Assembly: GCF_009914755.1 (NCBI RefSeq)
Contig: NC_060929.1
DNA: 64,000 nt
Direction: 5' to 3' (one strand)
From: the human T2T-CHM13v2.0 reference genome, Homo sapiens
In this document: in pieces, positions 1-12,546 of the stretch
How the letters are laid out: each line of letters opens with the position of its first letter
How positions within the stretch are numbered: the first letter of the stretch is position 1
The notes under the pieces: generated by a model
Told to the model about the DNA's origin: nothing
What the model saw: only the letters and a program-made list of their open reading frames with translations
The model's database searches: none
Program-made: the position numbers and the translations under genes

Positions 1-515
1 TGGAGATATGAAGTTATATGCTCCGATGCAGAGTTAGCAAGTGACAGAGCAAGAACTGCAATGTAAATGCATCTGACACTCAAGCCTGTGTTCTTCACCA
101 TGAGGTCCTACTGTCACCACAGTCTACACACACCTAAGATGTGTGGGAATTCATGGGACCACTTCTGCTCTGACTGTTTCAGTCTTTTGCCTTGGTGTTT
201 AATATTGTATCATGTTATTCTCTTTTGTCTCCCAGTGTTTTGGTATCATGTTACTGCAACTCTGGAGGTTTTGCTGGCTGGTAGCTGGGTCACTTAGAGT
301 CTTCAAATGATTCTTATTCCTTTGGAAGCGCTTTATAGAGCAAAGAAAGTTGGTGGAAGTGGGAAAAGATAGGTGGCTGATTTCCTCTCCTTGATCTTAG
401 GAGGACAACTGGGCTTAGGGGCCCCAGAGGAGACGGTGAGCTCAATGGAGTATTGTTTTATGCTGCATTCTGCAGGCAGGGACTACATGCCCAGCTCACT
501 AAGGAAGTTCCACCA

Positions 516-1321
516 TTTCTTTTTTTTTTTTTAATTTCTTCTAAAAAATAAAACAAAACAAAAATGGGATACATGCACAGAAAATGCAGGTTTGTTACAT
601 AGGTGTACGTGTGTCATGGTGGTTTGCTGCACCTATTGACCCGTCCTTTAAGTCCTTTAAGTTCCCTCACCTCACCTCCCATCCCCTAATGGGCCCTGGT
701 GTGTGTTGTTCCCCTCTCTGTGTCTATGCGTTCTCATTGTTCGACTCCTACTTATAAGTGAGAACATGCAGTGTTTGGTTTTCTGTTCCTGTGTTAGTTT
801 GCTAAGGGTAATGGCTTTCAGCTTCATCTATGTCCCTGCAAAGGGCATGATCTCATTCCTTTTTATGGCTGCATAGTATTCCATGGTATGTATGTACCAC
901 ATTTTCTTTATCCAGTTAAACATTGATGGGCATTCGGGTTGGTTCCATGTCTTTGCTATTGTAAATAGCACTGCAATAAACATATGTGTGCATCTGTCTT
1001 TATAGTAGAATGATTTATATTCCTCTGGGTATATACCCAGTAATGGGACTGCTGGGTCAAATGGTGTTTCTGGTTCTAGATCTTTGAGGAATCACCATAC
1101 TTCAACCATCCTCCACAACGGTTGAACTAATTTACATTCCCACCAACAGTGTAAAAGCGATCCTATTTCTCCACAGCCTCGCCAACACCTATTGTTTCCT
1201 GACTTTTTAATAATTACCATTCTGACTGGCATAAGATGGTATCTCATTGTGGTTTTGATTTGTGTTTCTCTGATAATCAGAAACATTGAGCTTTTTTTCA
1301 TACATTTGTTGTCCGCATAAA
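516..1321 (-). mobile_element. 5'-truncated L1PA (L1PA8-like): 3' UTR plus ORF2 C-terminus
   Basis: Poly-T followed by L1PA 3'UTR. ORF 1092..1343 reads as L1 ORF2p C-terminus (IKTTMRYHL..KKSGNNRCWRGCGEIG.LLHCWWECKLVQPLW). Confidence 0.93.
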
Positions 1322-1807
1322 CATCAATTTCTATTGGAAGCACTGCTGTCTCTAATTCTGTGGTGTTGGCTTGTGAACATAGATGGAAAAAATAATTATA
1401 CCCTTTTCACCTTCACTTTAGTGAAATTTAACATTCCGTTTAATTATAGATGTAGATAACAAACCATAGTAGTATATGCAGGACCTATGGCTTCGTCACC
1501 AACAGAATTCAGATATTTTCATATCATATTTCTGATGTTGTAGATACCTTAGAATATCACTATACCAAATGCCACTTCCAAATTATGGTTGCTGTTAGAC
1601 TTGCTGCTAGATTTTGTAACTTAATGAGTATGTGTGAATTACTATATCACAATTAAACATATTTTGACAATTGTATTTAAATGTAATTGATTTCCTTTGA
1701 ACCATTTTTATTATCTTTAATTTCAAACTTTTTTTCTGGGAAGAGGATCTATAGGCTTCACCAGACAAGTAAGAACACCTGTTCTTCTTCACTCATTTAG
1801 AAATATC

Positions 1808-1936
1808 TTATATGCATTACTCATTTACTCTGCACACCAGCACTATGAGGTGGGTACTATTTACTGTTATCATCCCCCATTTTAAGGATTAGAAACTGAG
1901 ATGCCAGAGATGGGGGAACTTTTCCAAGGTGAACCC
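1808..1936 (+). mobile_element. MIR SINE fragment
   Basis: MIR core: ctatgaggtgggtactatt...cccattttaaggattagaaactgag. Confidence 0.7.
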
Positions 1937-2727
1937 AAATATTGATTGAGTGCTCATTGTATGGATTCTTTATACAGCTCAGCATCAGCATCATCCTCTC
2001 CCTTTCTGATGGCAAGGAGGAAGCCCAGGAATCAATAAAATCTCCCAAATTCCTAGAAAGCAGGGTTCCAGGTGAGAGCCTGCCAAAGAGAAGGGCTGTG
2101 TGCGATATGGAAGATGAAGGAGTAGGGAAGCTGCCTGTCTTCTGCTGCAGCGGCGAGTGTGCGCACAGGCAGTCAGCAGGCTTGAGGTTTGTGTTGGCTT
2201 TTGGGCATTCTACCTTCCCTGAGATACAGCAGCCAGTGGTGTGAGATGAAAATGCTCATGTGACACAGGATTTGGAGTTTGGGTCTCCCTTCTTATTGTA
2301 CATGTCCAGAAACCAAAAATAGAAATCAAACCGTTTTCCTTTCTCCAGTGGTTTATATCTGTCCCTTCTTATCCTTATTACCAATCCCTATAAACATATA
2401 GATGATTTTCGAACTCACTAACACAAACTAAAATACTCCCAAATACATTTAAAATCCCATATTCTTAATTTATTTCCCCCCTAACACATACACTAAGGTT
2501 CTTAAATATTAATTTGGTTTAATTTCTCTCTTTTCTTTCCTTCCCTTATTAATTATTCTACTCTTCGGTATGTATCCTGGTTATATAACTGAAGTCCTAA
2601 AATTATACAGACAGGAAGGACATGGAAAAGAGGGGATGCTATGATGGATGAGGATGCAAATGAATACACACTGATACATTCAATCCAAGTAAGAAGTGAA
2701 TGCTCCTGGGCATGGCATTAACTTAGC

Positions 2728-3075
2728 AAGCTTTAAGAGCCCACGTCCAATAGACCAAGATTTGAAATCCAAATGTATTATCATTAGTTGTGCAAGTTAC
2801 TTAATCTTGCTGTGCCTTGAATAACTCATTATCAAATCATAATACCTAGTAAGGTTGTTGTGAGGATTAGATATTATCTGAAGCTCCTAGCACAGAGACT
2901 GGTATATAATGAATATTTAATAAATAACCTTAAATTTGAAAATAAGTACAACATAGTGACTAAGTACTTGGGCTCCCCATTCAGAAAAAATGTGTGTTTG
3001 AATCCTAACCTCACCGATTTCTAGCTATATAATCTTGGACAAAATACTTAAATTCAGTCCCCTCATCTATAAAAT
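2728..3075 (-). mobile_element. Two adjacent MIR fragments
   Basis: Reverse MIR motifs: ttgtgaggattaga, caagttacttaatc, tttgaatcct, cctcatctataaaat. Confidence 0.65.
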
Positions 3076-3250
3076 CATTATATATAAAACAAAATAGTTA
3101 TAATATTCACGTTAGCGGGAAAAGAAACTTTGTTTAAGAAAACACCTTATGAAGGGGAATGTAGCTCCAGCTAAGGGCTGGATCTGGCCTAGAAAGAGCA
3201 GAACAAAAGGAAGCCTGGACTCATCTGAGTAGGAAGAAAACAGAGGAGAA

Positions 3251-3357
3251 TTTTGTTTTTTTTTTTTTTTTGAGTCGGAGTCTCGCTCTGTCGCCCAGGC
3301 TGGAGTGCTGTGGCACGATCTTGGCTCACTGCAAGCTCTGTCTCCCGGGTTCACGCC
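3251..3357 (-). mobile_element. Heavily 5'-truncated AluY (end of right arm only)
   Basis: AluY diagnostics gcaagctc and cccgggttcacgcc. TSD aggagaat(t/g)ttt at 3244 and 3358. Confidence 0.92.
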
Positions 3358-4273
3358 AGGAGAATGTTTTAAGTTTTCTTTTTATTTCTCCTGAGATGGA
3401 TGCAGATTGGAGTCCAAGTTGGTGAATATGAAGGGGAATATTTTAAGAGCAATTTGTTATAATTTTGAAATGTAAATGCACTGTACCTTCCTACCTTTTG
3501 TACTCTCAGCTATACACACAAAGGTCTTGATGAACTCCTTGTGTATGTGTATGTAAATTCAGACATAGAATCCGAATAGTTCATGTCTGGGTTGTCCAGC
3601 CAGGGACAGAACTGTGGGAAAATGAGGTGATACCTAAACAGGTAACTGACACAGTAGGATCTCGGAGCCAAAGCAGACCATGAAAACTTGAACCTCTGGC
3701 ATTGAGGGAAACAGAATGTAGGACACTGACCTGGGATAGGATAGAATGGGAATAGGGTCAACATTTCTAGATCTTCAAAAGCTCAGTAACATCCCCCACA
3801 ATATCTGGATTACATGTGGACACTAGACTGGGCCTGATCTGTTCAACAACTCTATAGGACATTATCATTATTCTTTTCTTTTTCAGAAAGGAAACAAATA
3901 TTTAACAATGTGCTAAAGGTCACACAACTGTAAGTAAAAAAGGCTTGGCTTGAATGCAGCTTGCTCTGGTTACAGAGCCTATGTGTTTAACTCCAAATTC
4001 TCTGCTTCCCTTGTGGCCATGGCCTCTAAAATCTTAATCTTACATTTTCCTTTTTATAGGATATTATTCCTTACAAAAAGCCAAAGTCATACAAGATCAG
4101 AGTTAACTTACTAGCACCAGAAGATGTGGAGCCAGCTTATCTAGAAGATGTTTTTGGCATCTCTGGATTTAAATAAAAAAGATTACTTCCAAGGAATCTC
4201 AACAAGACACACAAAAAGGTTGATATCAGAACTATCTCCCGCCATAAAAGGGTGAAGAGTTTCACTCTCTCTT

Positions 4274-4515
4274 AGGGCCAGCATCATGGGCATGTGACTT
4301 GGACAGTCACACAGGGCCCCATGCTCAGAAGAATCCACACTTGGTTTCATGCTCTACTGTTACTATCTTGAAATTCTTAATAATCATTGAGCTTGTGTTT
4401 TGTAAACAAAGACTCATGAGGCAATGGAGTGTTCTTGAGAGCAGAGGAGATTAGTGCAATATGCATGTCTGTCATTCATTTTGCACTAGCCTCCACAAAT
4501 TATATAGCTAGTCCC
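4274..4515 (+). mobile_element. MER91-like hAT-Tip100 MITE
   Basis: agggccagcatcatgggc...gggccccatgctcagaag...tcttgaaattcttaataat...cattttgcactagcctccacaaattatatagc resembles MER91A. Confidence 0.7.
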
Positions 4516-4706
4516 ACCCTCTCCAAATGAAAGGTAGGCTCTAATGAATAATTAGCAATTAATTATCCTTCTACCCACCTACCCAATGGATTAAAATGGT
4601 CAGGAAAGAAAGAGTTCCCTTTTACCAGTATTTGACTTTCTGTGATTAATTGAATGTAATGCAAGATCTTATAGTCCATGCTCAGAGGTTCTTTAAAACA
4701 GTGAAA

Positions 4707-5890
4707 TGTATAGGAGGCCATTGTTTTAAACTGAGCTCCTGCACTGGGCGCCAACAGACCCAATCACAATGAAGTTACCTATGCTGAGTGTTGAAACTGC
4801 CTTTGTAAAGATTATGACAGTGAGAAATCTCGCATGGCTGACTCCATCTTGCTCCTAGCCTCACAAGCTGGCTGTCCTTCATTTGTGAGCATAGACCAGG
4901 CTAACCATGGGAAGAATTTAGTTTACAGTTTAACTTTGAAGAAGGGATGATAATAGCCCTTCCTAAAACTAAACTAAACTAAAACTAAAGTTCACAAGGA
5001 TAGAATTATGAGAGTGGCTGTATTCTGTTAAAATATAGGCATAGTGAAAGGATAACTAGTCATTGTTCTGGAGGTCACAAAATTTATAACTTCCCTAATT
5101 ACTCCTGTAGATAACATCACTATTGTAGAACCTAAGGTTGGCCTTTTGAAATGTTTCTCAGACGTTTGCATTTCTGGCAACTGACTGACTCCACCTGAAC
5201 CTGCGATTTGTGACTCAATCAACCCTGTGGCCCCCACCCAGAGGCTGATTCAGAACCTCTGACAAGGGCTGTTTTCCACACCCCTATGATTTCATCCCCA
5301 AACAATCCGCATTCCCCATTTCCTAGCCCCCTACCCAACAAACTGTCCTTGAAAAACCCTAACCTCTGAGTTTCCCAGGAAACTAATTTGAGTGATGACT
5401 CCAGTTCTCCCACATAACTAGCCTTGTGTTAATCAAACTTCGGTTAAGGCAGTACCATGGTCTTGGTGAACTGGTTTTGTTGATGCAGCAGGCAAGAAGA
5501 AGCCATTGATTAATTAGTGTCACAAAATCAACTGAAATTTTAAGGAACCAGGCAAAACTCCCAAAAGACCAGTTTTTGTTTTTTTTTTCTTCTGAAAACA
5601 GGAGATTCACAGCAACCATTTGGAGAGAGCTCAATCAACCAGATTCAGCATGATAAAAAAAAAGTCCCCTCCCCTTTAACCCTTACAAGGGAAGTAGCCT
5701 GAGAAACCCGATGTTAACCAATCTGCTTTAAAAAAAATTCTGTTTCCTTGTTTGCAACTTACAAAAAACAACTGTTCTAACATGCACAGCAAAGCAAAAA
5801 TCTTAGATGAGATGGTCCCCAGTTCGTGAATTGCTAATAAAAGATTATTAGATTTTTAAGCTAAATTTTTTGTAATTTTGTCTTTTGACA
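4707..5890 (+). mobile_element. Older ERV1 MER4-group solo LTR (MER72-like), split by LTR8
   Basis: Begins ggaggccattgtttt...gagctcctgcact and resumes at 5517. AATAAA near 5836. Ends ttttgaca. Confidence 0.6.
4792..5516 (+). mobile_element. LTR8-family (ERV1) solo LTR
   Basis: Starts tgaaactgcctttgtaaagattatgacagtgaga and ends gcaggcaagaagaagccattg. Flanked by 4-bp gtgt. Confidence 0.85.
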
Positions 5891-6125
5891 GTGACAATGC
5901 ACTAATTTTTAATATTTGATGCAATTCAACCAACGAATTTGATGATGGCCTTGGAAAAGAAAAAAAAAAAAAGATTTGCATGACCTTCAGACCAGTGGGT
6001 GCGTCTACAAAGTTGCTGGTCTTTGGTTTTTCAAAGATAGGAACTGCCAAGAGCACAGGAATCCCTGGCTGCCGGTGATTTCTAACCAATTCTAGCCTTG
6101 CCCATGTGCGATTCCTTTGTAGTGC

Positions 6126-6760
6126 TTGGGCAAGGAGAATAATACATTTTTACTTGACAAAATAAATTATTTGATTGGCCTTGCCAATCAAAAGTTCAAC
6201 ACTTGAACTTCATCATCAAGGGGCAGTTTTAATGAGGTAGATTGGGCTGGATGTTTCAGGTCATGGTTTTCAGTTTCTTGCATCTGTGATTAAACATGAT
6301 AATCACTTAAAATGGAATAAACCTGAGCTCAAAAACTAAACACATGTAGATGTTTAGGCCATGGGGAATCAATCTGGCCATTAAAATGCTAATAAATGCA
6401 GATCTCCTCATCCTTAATTAATTGGGTAACTAAACAGAGGGGCTGGGGTGAAACACAAGTATGATTATTTAACATGAAAAATCAAGAAGCTTGGATGAAT
6501 AACAATTACATAATTAACAAACAATAAAGAACATTTGAGTTTCAATTAATCCTTATTGGCAGTTCAGTAATATCCACCAGAATCTGTTTCATTTCATTGC
6601 AAACTGGGCCTTTTCGAGTTTAAACAATTTTGACATTTGGTCTCTAATATAAATCTACTTATTAAAAATGTTCAAGATCAACATGATACATTTAACTAAG
6701 AGCAAGGCCAATCAAAGAATTTATTTTGTCAAGTAAAAATGTATTATTCTCCTTGTCCAA
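6126..6760. repeat. 59-bp inverted repeat (arms 6126-6184 and 6702-6760)
   Basis: Reverse complement of the left arm matches the right arm at 57/59 positions. Confidence 0.95.
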
Positions 6761-6904
6761 ATATAAAGGATGCTATTATTTGAATTTAGTATGTTACTTT
6801 GCAAAAACAGTCATTCTACTCATGAGTTATAATGAAAAATACAAATGCAGCAGAAGGTTAGAGAGGCCATGCGCCTGGTAAAGGTAGGTGATCAAATCCA
6901 AGAC

Positions 6905-7358
6905 TGAATTACTCAGAGTTCTCTAGAGAAGTAGAACCAATAAAATCAATAGAAGGCATGAATAATATGTATATATGTATCTACTTATCTAGCTATCAAG
7001 GATTTATTTTGAAGAATTGGCTGGCATAATTGTAGAGGCTGTCAAGTCCAAAATCTACAGGGCAGCTCGGCAGGCTAAAGAGCTGGGATAGAGTAGATGC
7101 TGCAACTCCAGGCTGATGGCAGGCTAAAGGCAGAATTCCTTCTTCCTCTGGGGACCTCAACTCTTAAGGCCTTCAACTGATTGGATGTGGCCTATCCACA
7201 TTATGGAGGGTAATCTGCTTTACTCAAAGTCTACTGATTTAAATGTTAATCACATCTTTAAAAAAAGACACACACTTTCACTGCAACATCTAGACTGGTG
7301 TTTGAACAAAAATGGGGTACCATGGCCTAGACAAGTTGACAAAAATTGGAACCATCAC
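6905..7358 (-). mobile_element. MLT2 (ERVL) solo LTR
   Basis: Ends caagttgacaaaaattggaaccatcaca, the reverse complement of the MLT2 start. Contains taatctgctttactcaaagtctactgatttaaatgttaatcacatc. Confidence 0.85.
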
Positions 7359-7807
7359 AGAGACCTAAGTGTGTAGAAACTGATTTTAGAGTCCCAATCC
7401 CTTCATTCCTGGTTTGATGTAATTGATCTAGGATGTAGACTGGACATCAGAATTTTTAAACAACCATCTCCAACTACCTTCCCCAACCACCCTCTTCAGT
7501 CTTCCTCCCTACTCCACCTAAGCCTCCAACATACCTAAGCCAGGTGTAGAATTTAACTCCAAAGTGGTGCTTTTCTCTTAGCTCCAACTAGATTTTTAAA
7601 TTCTATCATGCCTGAGTACCCAAAACTAAATGCCACTGCCCATCTCATGGAATTAATTACTACCCTTTAGTGAAATCAAACTTTCCAGATGTCATTCAGT
7701 TTGATTCCATACTATGATGATTGAAAAGAAAATCTCATGATGAATGTGCTGGTTATCCAGGAATTTGGGGGAAACATAGAAGCGATTCTGGAAGGCAATG
7801 CTTCGAA

Positions 7808-8086
7808 CAATGTTTCCTAGAGTGGGTTCCATGGAACACAAGCCCTGGAAGAACTGTACTTTGAAGGAGGTTTCATGGCCACATCTGTTTGGGAATGTGG
7901 CATGTTACAGCCTTCTCTCTTTGGAGATTCATAATTTGTTTTTGCATAATAAAGTCTTCAATAAATCTTGCTGTAAGGAAACCTGTTAAATTGTATTAAT
8001 CTAGCATTTCTCAAATCCACTGTACACAACTTTTTACCCATGGAATGCATATTAGCATCCCAAGGAGCATAATTTAGAAAATGCAT
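7808..8086. mobile_element. hAT-Charlie MITE (MER112-like)
   Basis: caatgtttcc..gttccatggaacac start, internal ttggagattcataat...aaggaaacctgtt, end tttagaaaatgca. Confidence 0.55.
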
Positions 8087-9147
8087 TTGTATAATTAAAG
8101 ACTGAAAACAAAAGTCTATACAATCAAGAAAAAATAACCACATGATTTACACTGCCCTTAGTGAACCAAACAACACAGTCACGGTTGGATGCCTTCTTAA
8201 TGCAGGCTGGGCACATACCCAACTTGCTGGGTCACTGAGCTAAATTCCTAGGGCTCAGGCCACTGCTGCTGCCCTCACCCCACACTTGAAATTACACAAA
8301 ACTTGCAGATGACCCCACAAACCGGTGGTCAAATTGTTGTCTGCTTTGCTAAGCAGAAATGGTTTCTTTACTCAAATTGCCACTGGAAAAAATGCTGAGG
8401 TGTCACATTTTCACGGAGGAGGAGGTAACACTTTAACCCATATTCAAAACGCTTAACTGGGACTGATTTAAATGTGTTGAAACAGCAAGGCTTCTTAGTG
8501 GTCAACTAGATCAATCTTTTGGAACATGTGCATTGGAAACCAGGTTAGAAAAGCCAGTTTGGAGATAACTGGTTTTTGATTATTTTCATGATTCAAGATA
8601 AATTGTGAACTGGAACTTCAAGAAATTAGGGGCAGAATGGCATATGGCCATTGGCTAACACTTTGGGTAGTTTTTGTGTAAACTGCAAAAAGATATCCTC
8701 TAGGCACACAAACTACAAAAAGGCACCTCTTCCTCTGGATTCTCTGCAGCCTTGTACCAGGGCCAGGGTGTAGGGCTGTATTTGTACCCTCAGTGACCAT
8801 GCTGGCTGGAAGCTTTTTATAGAGCAGAGTACACCCAGCTATGATGTGGCAGTTGAGGATTACAGGTGGGTCCCAGCAGGAAGAGATGATATGCCAGACA
8901 GAGAGGAAGAGTGAGAAAATGAGTATACACTGGGCACTCAAACTTGTTTCAGACCTTATGGGCCCTTGTAGAGTGTGGTATATACATGGTTGGTAGGAGA
9001 TATGAGAGGCTTATGACATGTTTGTTTGAGCTAAAGATAATTCTAAACCAAAGTTTTTCTCAAAAATGAGGAAATAGTTCCATCATTTTATTTTGTAGCA
9101 GAATGATTTGGACCAAAAGCCATTGTTCCATAAGCAAATAATTTTTA

Positions 9148-10730
9148 GTACATTCATTTATGTACCTGTTATTAAACAATTTGAACAACATCAATGAATA
9201 TGACACGGTTCTAGTCTCGGGGATACTTTGGAAAATAAGTTAAACATTCTTTTTGCCTTCTCTGAGCTTATATTCCAGTAAAGATGAGAAAATTAAATAA
9301 TGACAATAAATGTAGTGAGAACAATGGCAGCACATGGAGGTGAGTAGAGAAAGATAGCCTAAGGAGTAAATCCTCATCTGACTTCTTACAGGGACCAGTG
9401 GAGGTATCCTGGAGGAAGGGGCCCTAAGGAACAATAAGAGGCCAAAAGAGAAAAGCTAGAGGGAGCTTAGGGAATCCCAGGACAGAGATAACTTCAAAAT
9501 AGTGTAATTACTGAACAAAGGGGAGAATGGCATAAGTTTAGGGTGGATATCTGGACAGGGTGCAGATTTTAAAAGGCTTTTAGCTGTGTCATGGGTTGTA
9601 GTATGATGAATTATCAAGCAGGAAGTCTGGAAGGAGGGAAAGTGCTGTTGTGGTCTAGGAGAAAGGTAGTGGTGATGATGGAAGTGGAGGAAAGCAGTTG
9701 GATTAGAAAACTACTTAGCAGTTAGAGGAAACTGGGTTGAACGGACATCTATTAAGGACAAAGCATTTGGACAGAGAGAGTTGAGAAAGGTGTCCAGGAT
9801 GACTCCCAGGTTTCTGGATAGGTCAACTTGTGGAACAATGGTGCCATTGAATGAGATATGGAAGCAATTCAGGAAGAGAAGCTGCTTGATTGGAAAGATA
9901 ATGGAGTTCAGTTTGGACATATTGTGTATGAGACACTCCAATGGAGATGTCTGGCAGGTAGGAATATCTAAGTCTGAAATCATTGGAATAGACAACAAGA
10001 TCAGTCAGAGAGAAAGTGAACAGAGAATGAAGAGAAGGGGCTTGGATGGCCTTGATAGAAAGAGAGAAGTCTGCATAGGAACTAAGAATTATCAGAGGGA
10101 TAAGAAACAAACCAGGGTTTTGATGGTACAGAGTCCAAAGAAGGGAAGACTTTCAAGAAAGAATTATGATCAGAGTTTAATGACATAAAGATATTAATAA
10201 GGACTGAAGAATGCTCATCATATTTGGCAATTAGGAGTCACTGGTGACTTGAGCAGATTGTGCTTCCAGTGAGCATTAAGGATGGGAATCAGAGGTAACT
10301 GAATGAGCAGAAGTGAACTGGAGAAGTGAGAAGATAACTCTAAAAGAGTATAGTAATGTAAAGAGGAAGGCTAGGAAGAAAGCCTGGAGGTGTAGCATGG
10401 TAGGACCATTCGGCAGTTCGACTGAGAAAAGAGTTGGGGAAAACTTGGATATGTTGGCATCAAATAAAGAAAAAGAGGAGGCTAAAGATAAAAGAGAATG
10501 GAAAAACCAGTGAAGGGGCAAAATCCTTGACGAAGTTTGAATGGAATGGATCGAGGAGTTAGCCTGGAGTAGAAGGATGGCAGTTCTTCTTCTGGGGCAG
10601 AGTGGAAGGAGGAGAGTCTGGGTGTGGGTATAAATTGAGAGGCAGGAGTTGGGAAGGCTAAGGTAGTTCATCCTTGACAACTTCCAGTTTTTCTATGAAA
10701 TAGGCAACAGGATAATCAGCTAAGAGGGAT
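9148..10730 (-). mobile_element. L2 LINE, degenerate
   Basis: ORF 9711..9998 retains L2 RT C-terminal motif (NGTIVPQV..RNLGVILD). Contains typical gatgactcccaggtttctgg and ggagttcagtttggacat. Confidence 0.85.
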
Positions 10731-11764
10731 GACCTTATTCATAGCTACTCACTACTTATTCTATACTCTTTGTTATTCCTCACCATACTCATTTGTTGTC
10801 TTGATTATTGTTTGAATGCATGTGTCCCCAAAAACCTCTTTCTTTCTCACTCTGAACATTAGAAATTTCAGCTGAAGTATGTGGGCTGGTTAGTGATTAG
10901 AGGAATGTTTCTTATAGAAAAGATGTGTCTTAGATGGAAGAACTGACATAACCAGAGAGAACATTTTCCTTCATTTTGCACTGAATAAAGTTTTAGAGAA
11001 AATACTTTCAGGCATTTCACTAAAAGAAAAAAAATTCTACTACTAAGCACCACCGCCACCCCACACACACTTTTTTGTCTCATCTTTTAAAAGATCCAGC
11101 AGTTGCCAAGTTTACAAGGCTGTCTTTCATTTCTGATCTCAAAAGGTTTTTTTGTTTTCTTTTTTTCCTCCAAACATGCATACAGCAAAACATTTTTTTC
11201 AAGTTGTCCTAGGAGACTGACAATATACCAACTGTTTTCAACTATGCAAAAGACCCTTTTAAAACATGCCTTAAGATAGTAGGTTCTTTCTGCTTATCTT
11301 TACATCTTCTTTCGCCAATTAGGTTTATGGACAAAGTCCAATATTTAGGCCTGAGTGAGAGATCCCATCTCATTCAGAGCTAGGCTACTCTTGAAGTTGA
11401 GCAGGGAGGTTACAATGATTGGCTAAGGGGATGCTGTTGGCTTACCTCATTAGCATGCTCTTTTGGGGTGTACCTTATTAAGATTATATTTCAAGGCTAT
11501 CGCAATAATGCAAAACCAGCCTAGAGTTTCAGAAACCATCCTTGAAATGACAAGTTGGTCTGGAGAAATCTATATATAACTAGTAAAAATGTAAACTGTA
11601 GAATGATTACTGTAATTTGGGCGAGAAGTTTTTATATATCAGGTCCCATTCTCTCTTTTTATCCTGCTCTTCCTATTTTCCTGTCAGTGAAAAGACTTTT
11701 GAAGAAGAGCTTTGGTGATGGAATGGTAAAATGGGAGTCAAATGTGAAGAATTAAGTGTTGATG

Positions 11765-11768
11765 TTTG

Positions 11769-11798
<30 letters not shown>
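11765..11798. repeat. (TTTA)n microsatellite
   Basis: Seen directly. Confidence 0.9.
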
Positions 11799-11799
<1 letters not shown>

Positions 11800-11831
11800 T
11801 TTGGCTGCTTTTGTTTGGCTACAAAATCTTG

Positions 11832-12546
11832 TGAGGCGGGAAAATAGGGTCTGGAGGCAGGGAACTTGAGGCCAATTCATGCTGATTCAAGGAAAACCAC
11901 CAAGGTTTGTGGATGGGAATTAAGGCCAATTTGTGCTGTCTTCCTAAAAGAGAAAACACCAAGGTCTGGGGGCAGGGAATCTAAGACCAATTCGTGCTGA
12001 CCTCCTAAAGCTGGAGCAAAAGAAAAACACTTGGGTCTGGGGACGGAAATCCTAAGGCCAATTAATGTCAACTTCCTAAAGCTAAGCCAAAACGAAAAAC
12101 CCCATCTCCCCACCACACCCCAATAGAAAGGGATCAAAGGTGACTCTCCCTACAACCTGCCCACTCCACCAAGTCTCAGATGGAAAGGGAGAGTGCCTTG
12201 GATTGGCTGCGGACCAAGCATGGCCATCCCTTCATCTGCATAGGGCGCCAATTCACCGCAGGCTTTAATTAGCCATGGACCAAATCCTTCATCCAGATAA
12301 GGGGTAAGAAATAGAAACCTCAAAAAGAGTACTTAAAATCCAGAAAATTTTGTAACTGGGCCCTTGAGCCACTTGCTTGCGTCCACTCCCACTCTGTGGA
12401 GTGCTTTCTCACTTTAATAAATCCCTGCTTTTGCTGCCTTGTTCCTGTGTTTCGTTCCTTTATTACTTTGTGCATTTTGTTCAATTGTTTATTCAAAACG
12501 CCAAGAACCTGAACAACTTACACTCAAGGCCCTCTTTCCAGTAACA
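11832..12546 (+). mobile_element. ERV1 solo LTR of the MER83/MER51/MER61 group (MER83-like)
   Basis: Starts tgaggcgggaaaatagggtctggaggcagggaac. AATAAA near 12416. Ends gtaaca. 4-bp flanks cttg/cctg. Confidence 0.85.

Noticed and set aside
11847-12102. Repeat-spacer-like pattern as a CRISPR array
   Set aside because: Units are degenerate tandem U3 repeats of an ERV LTR without unique spacers, in a eukaryotic context with no cas genes.
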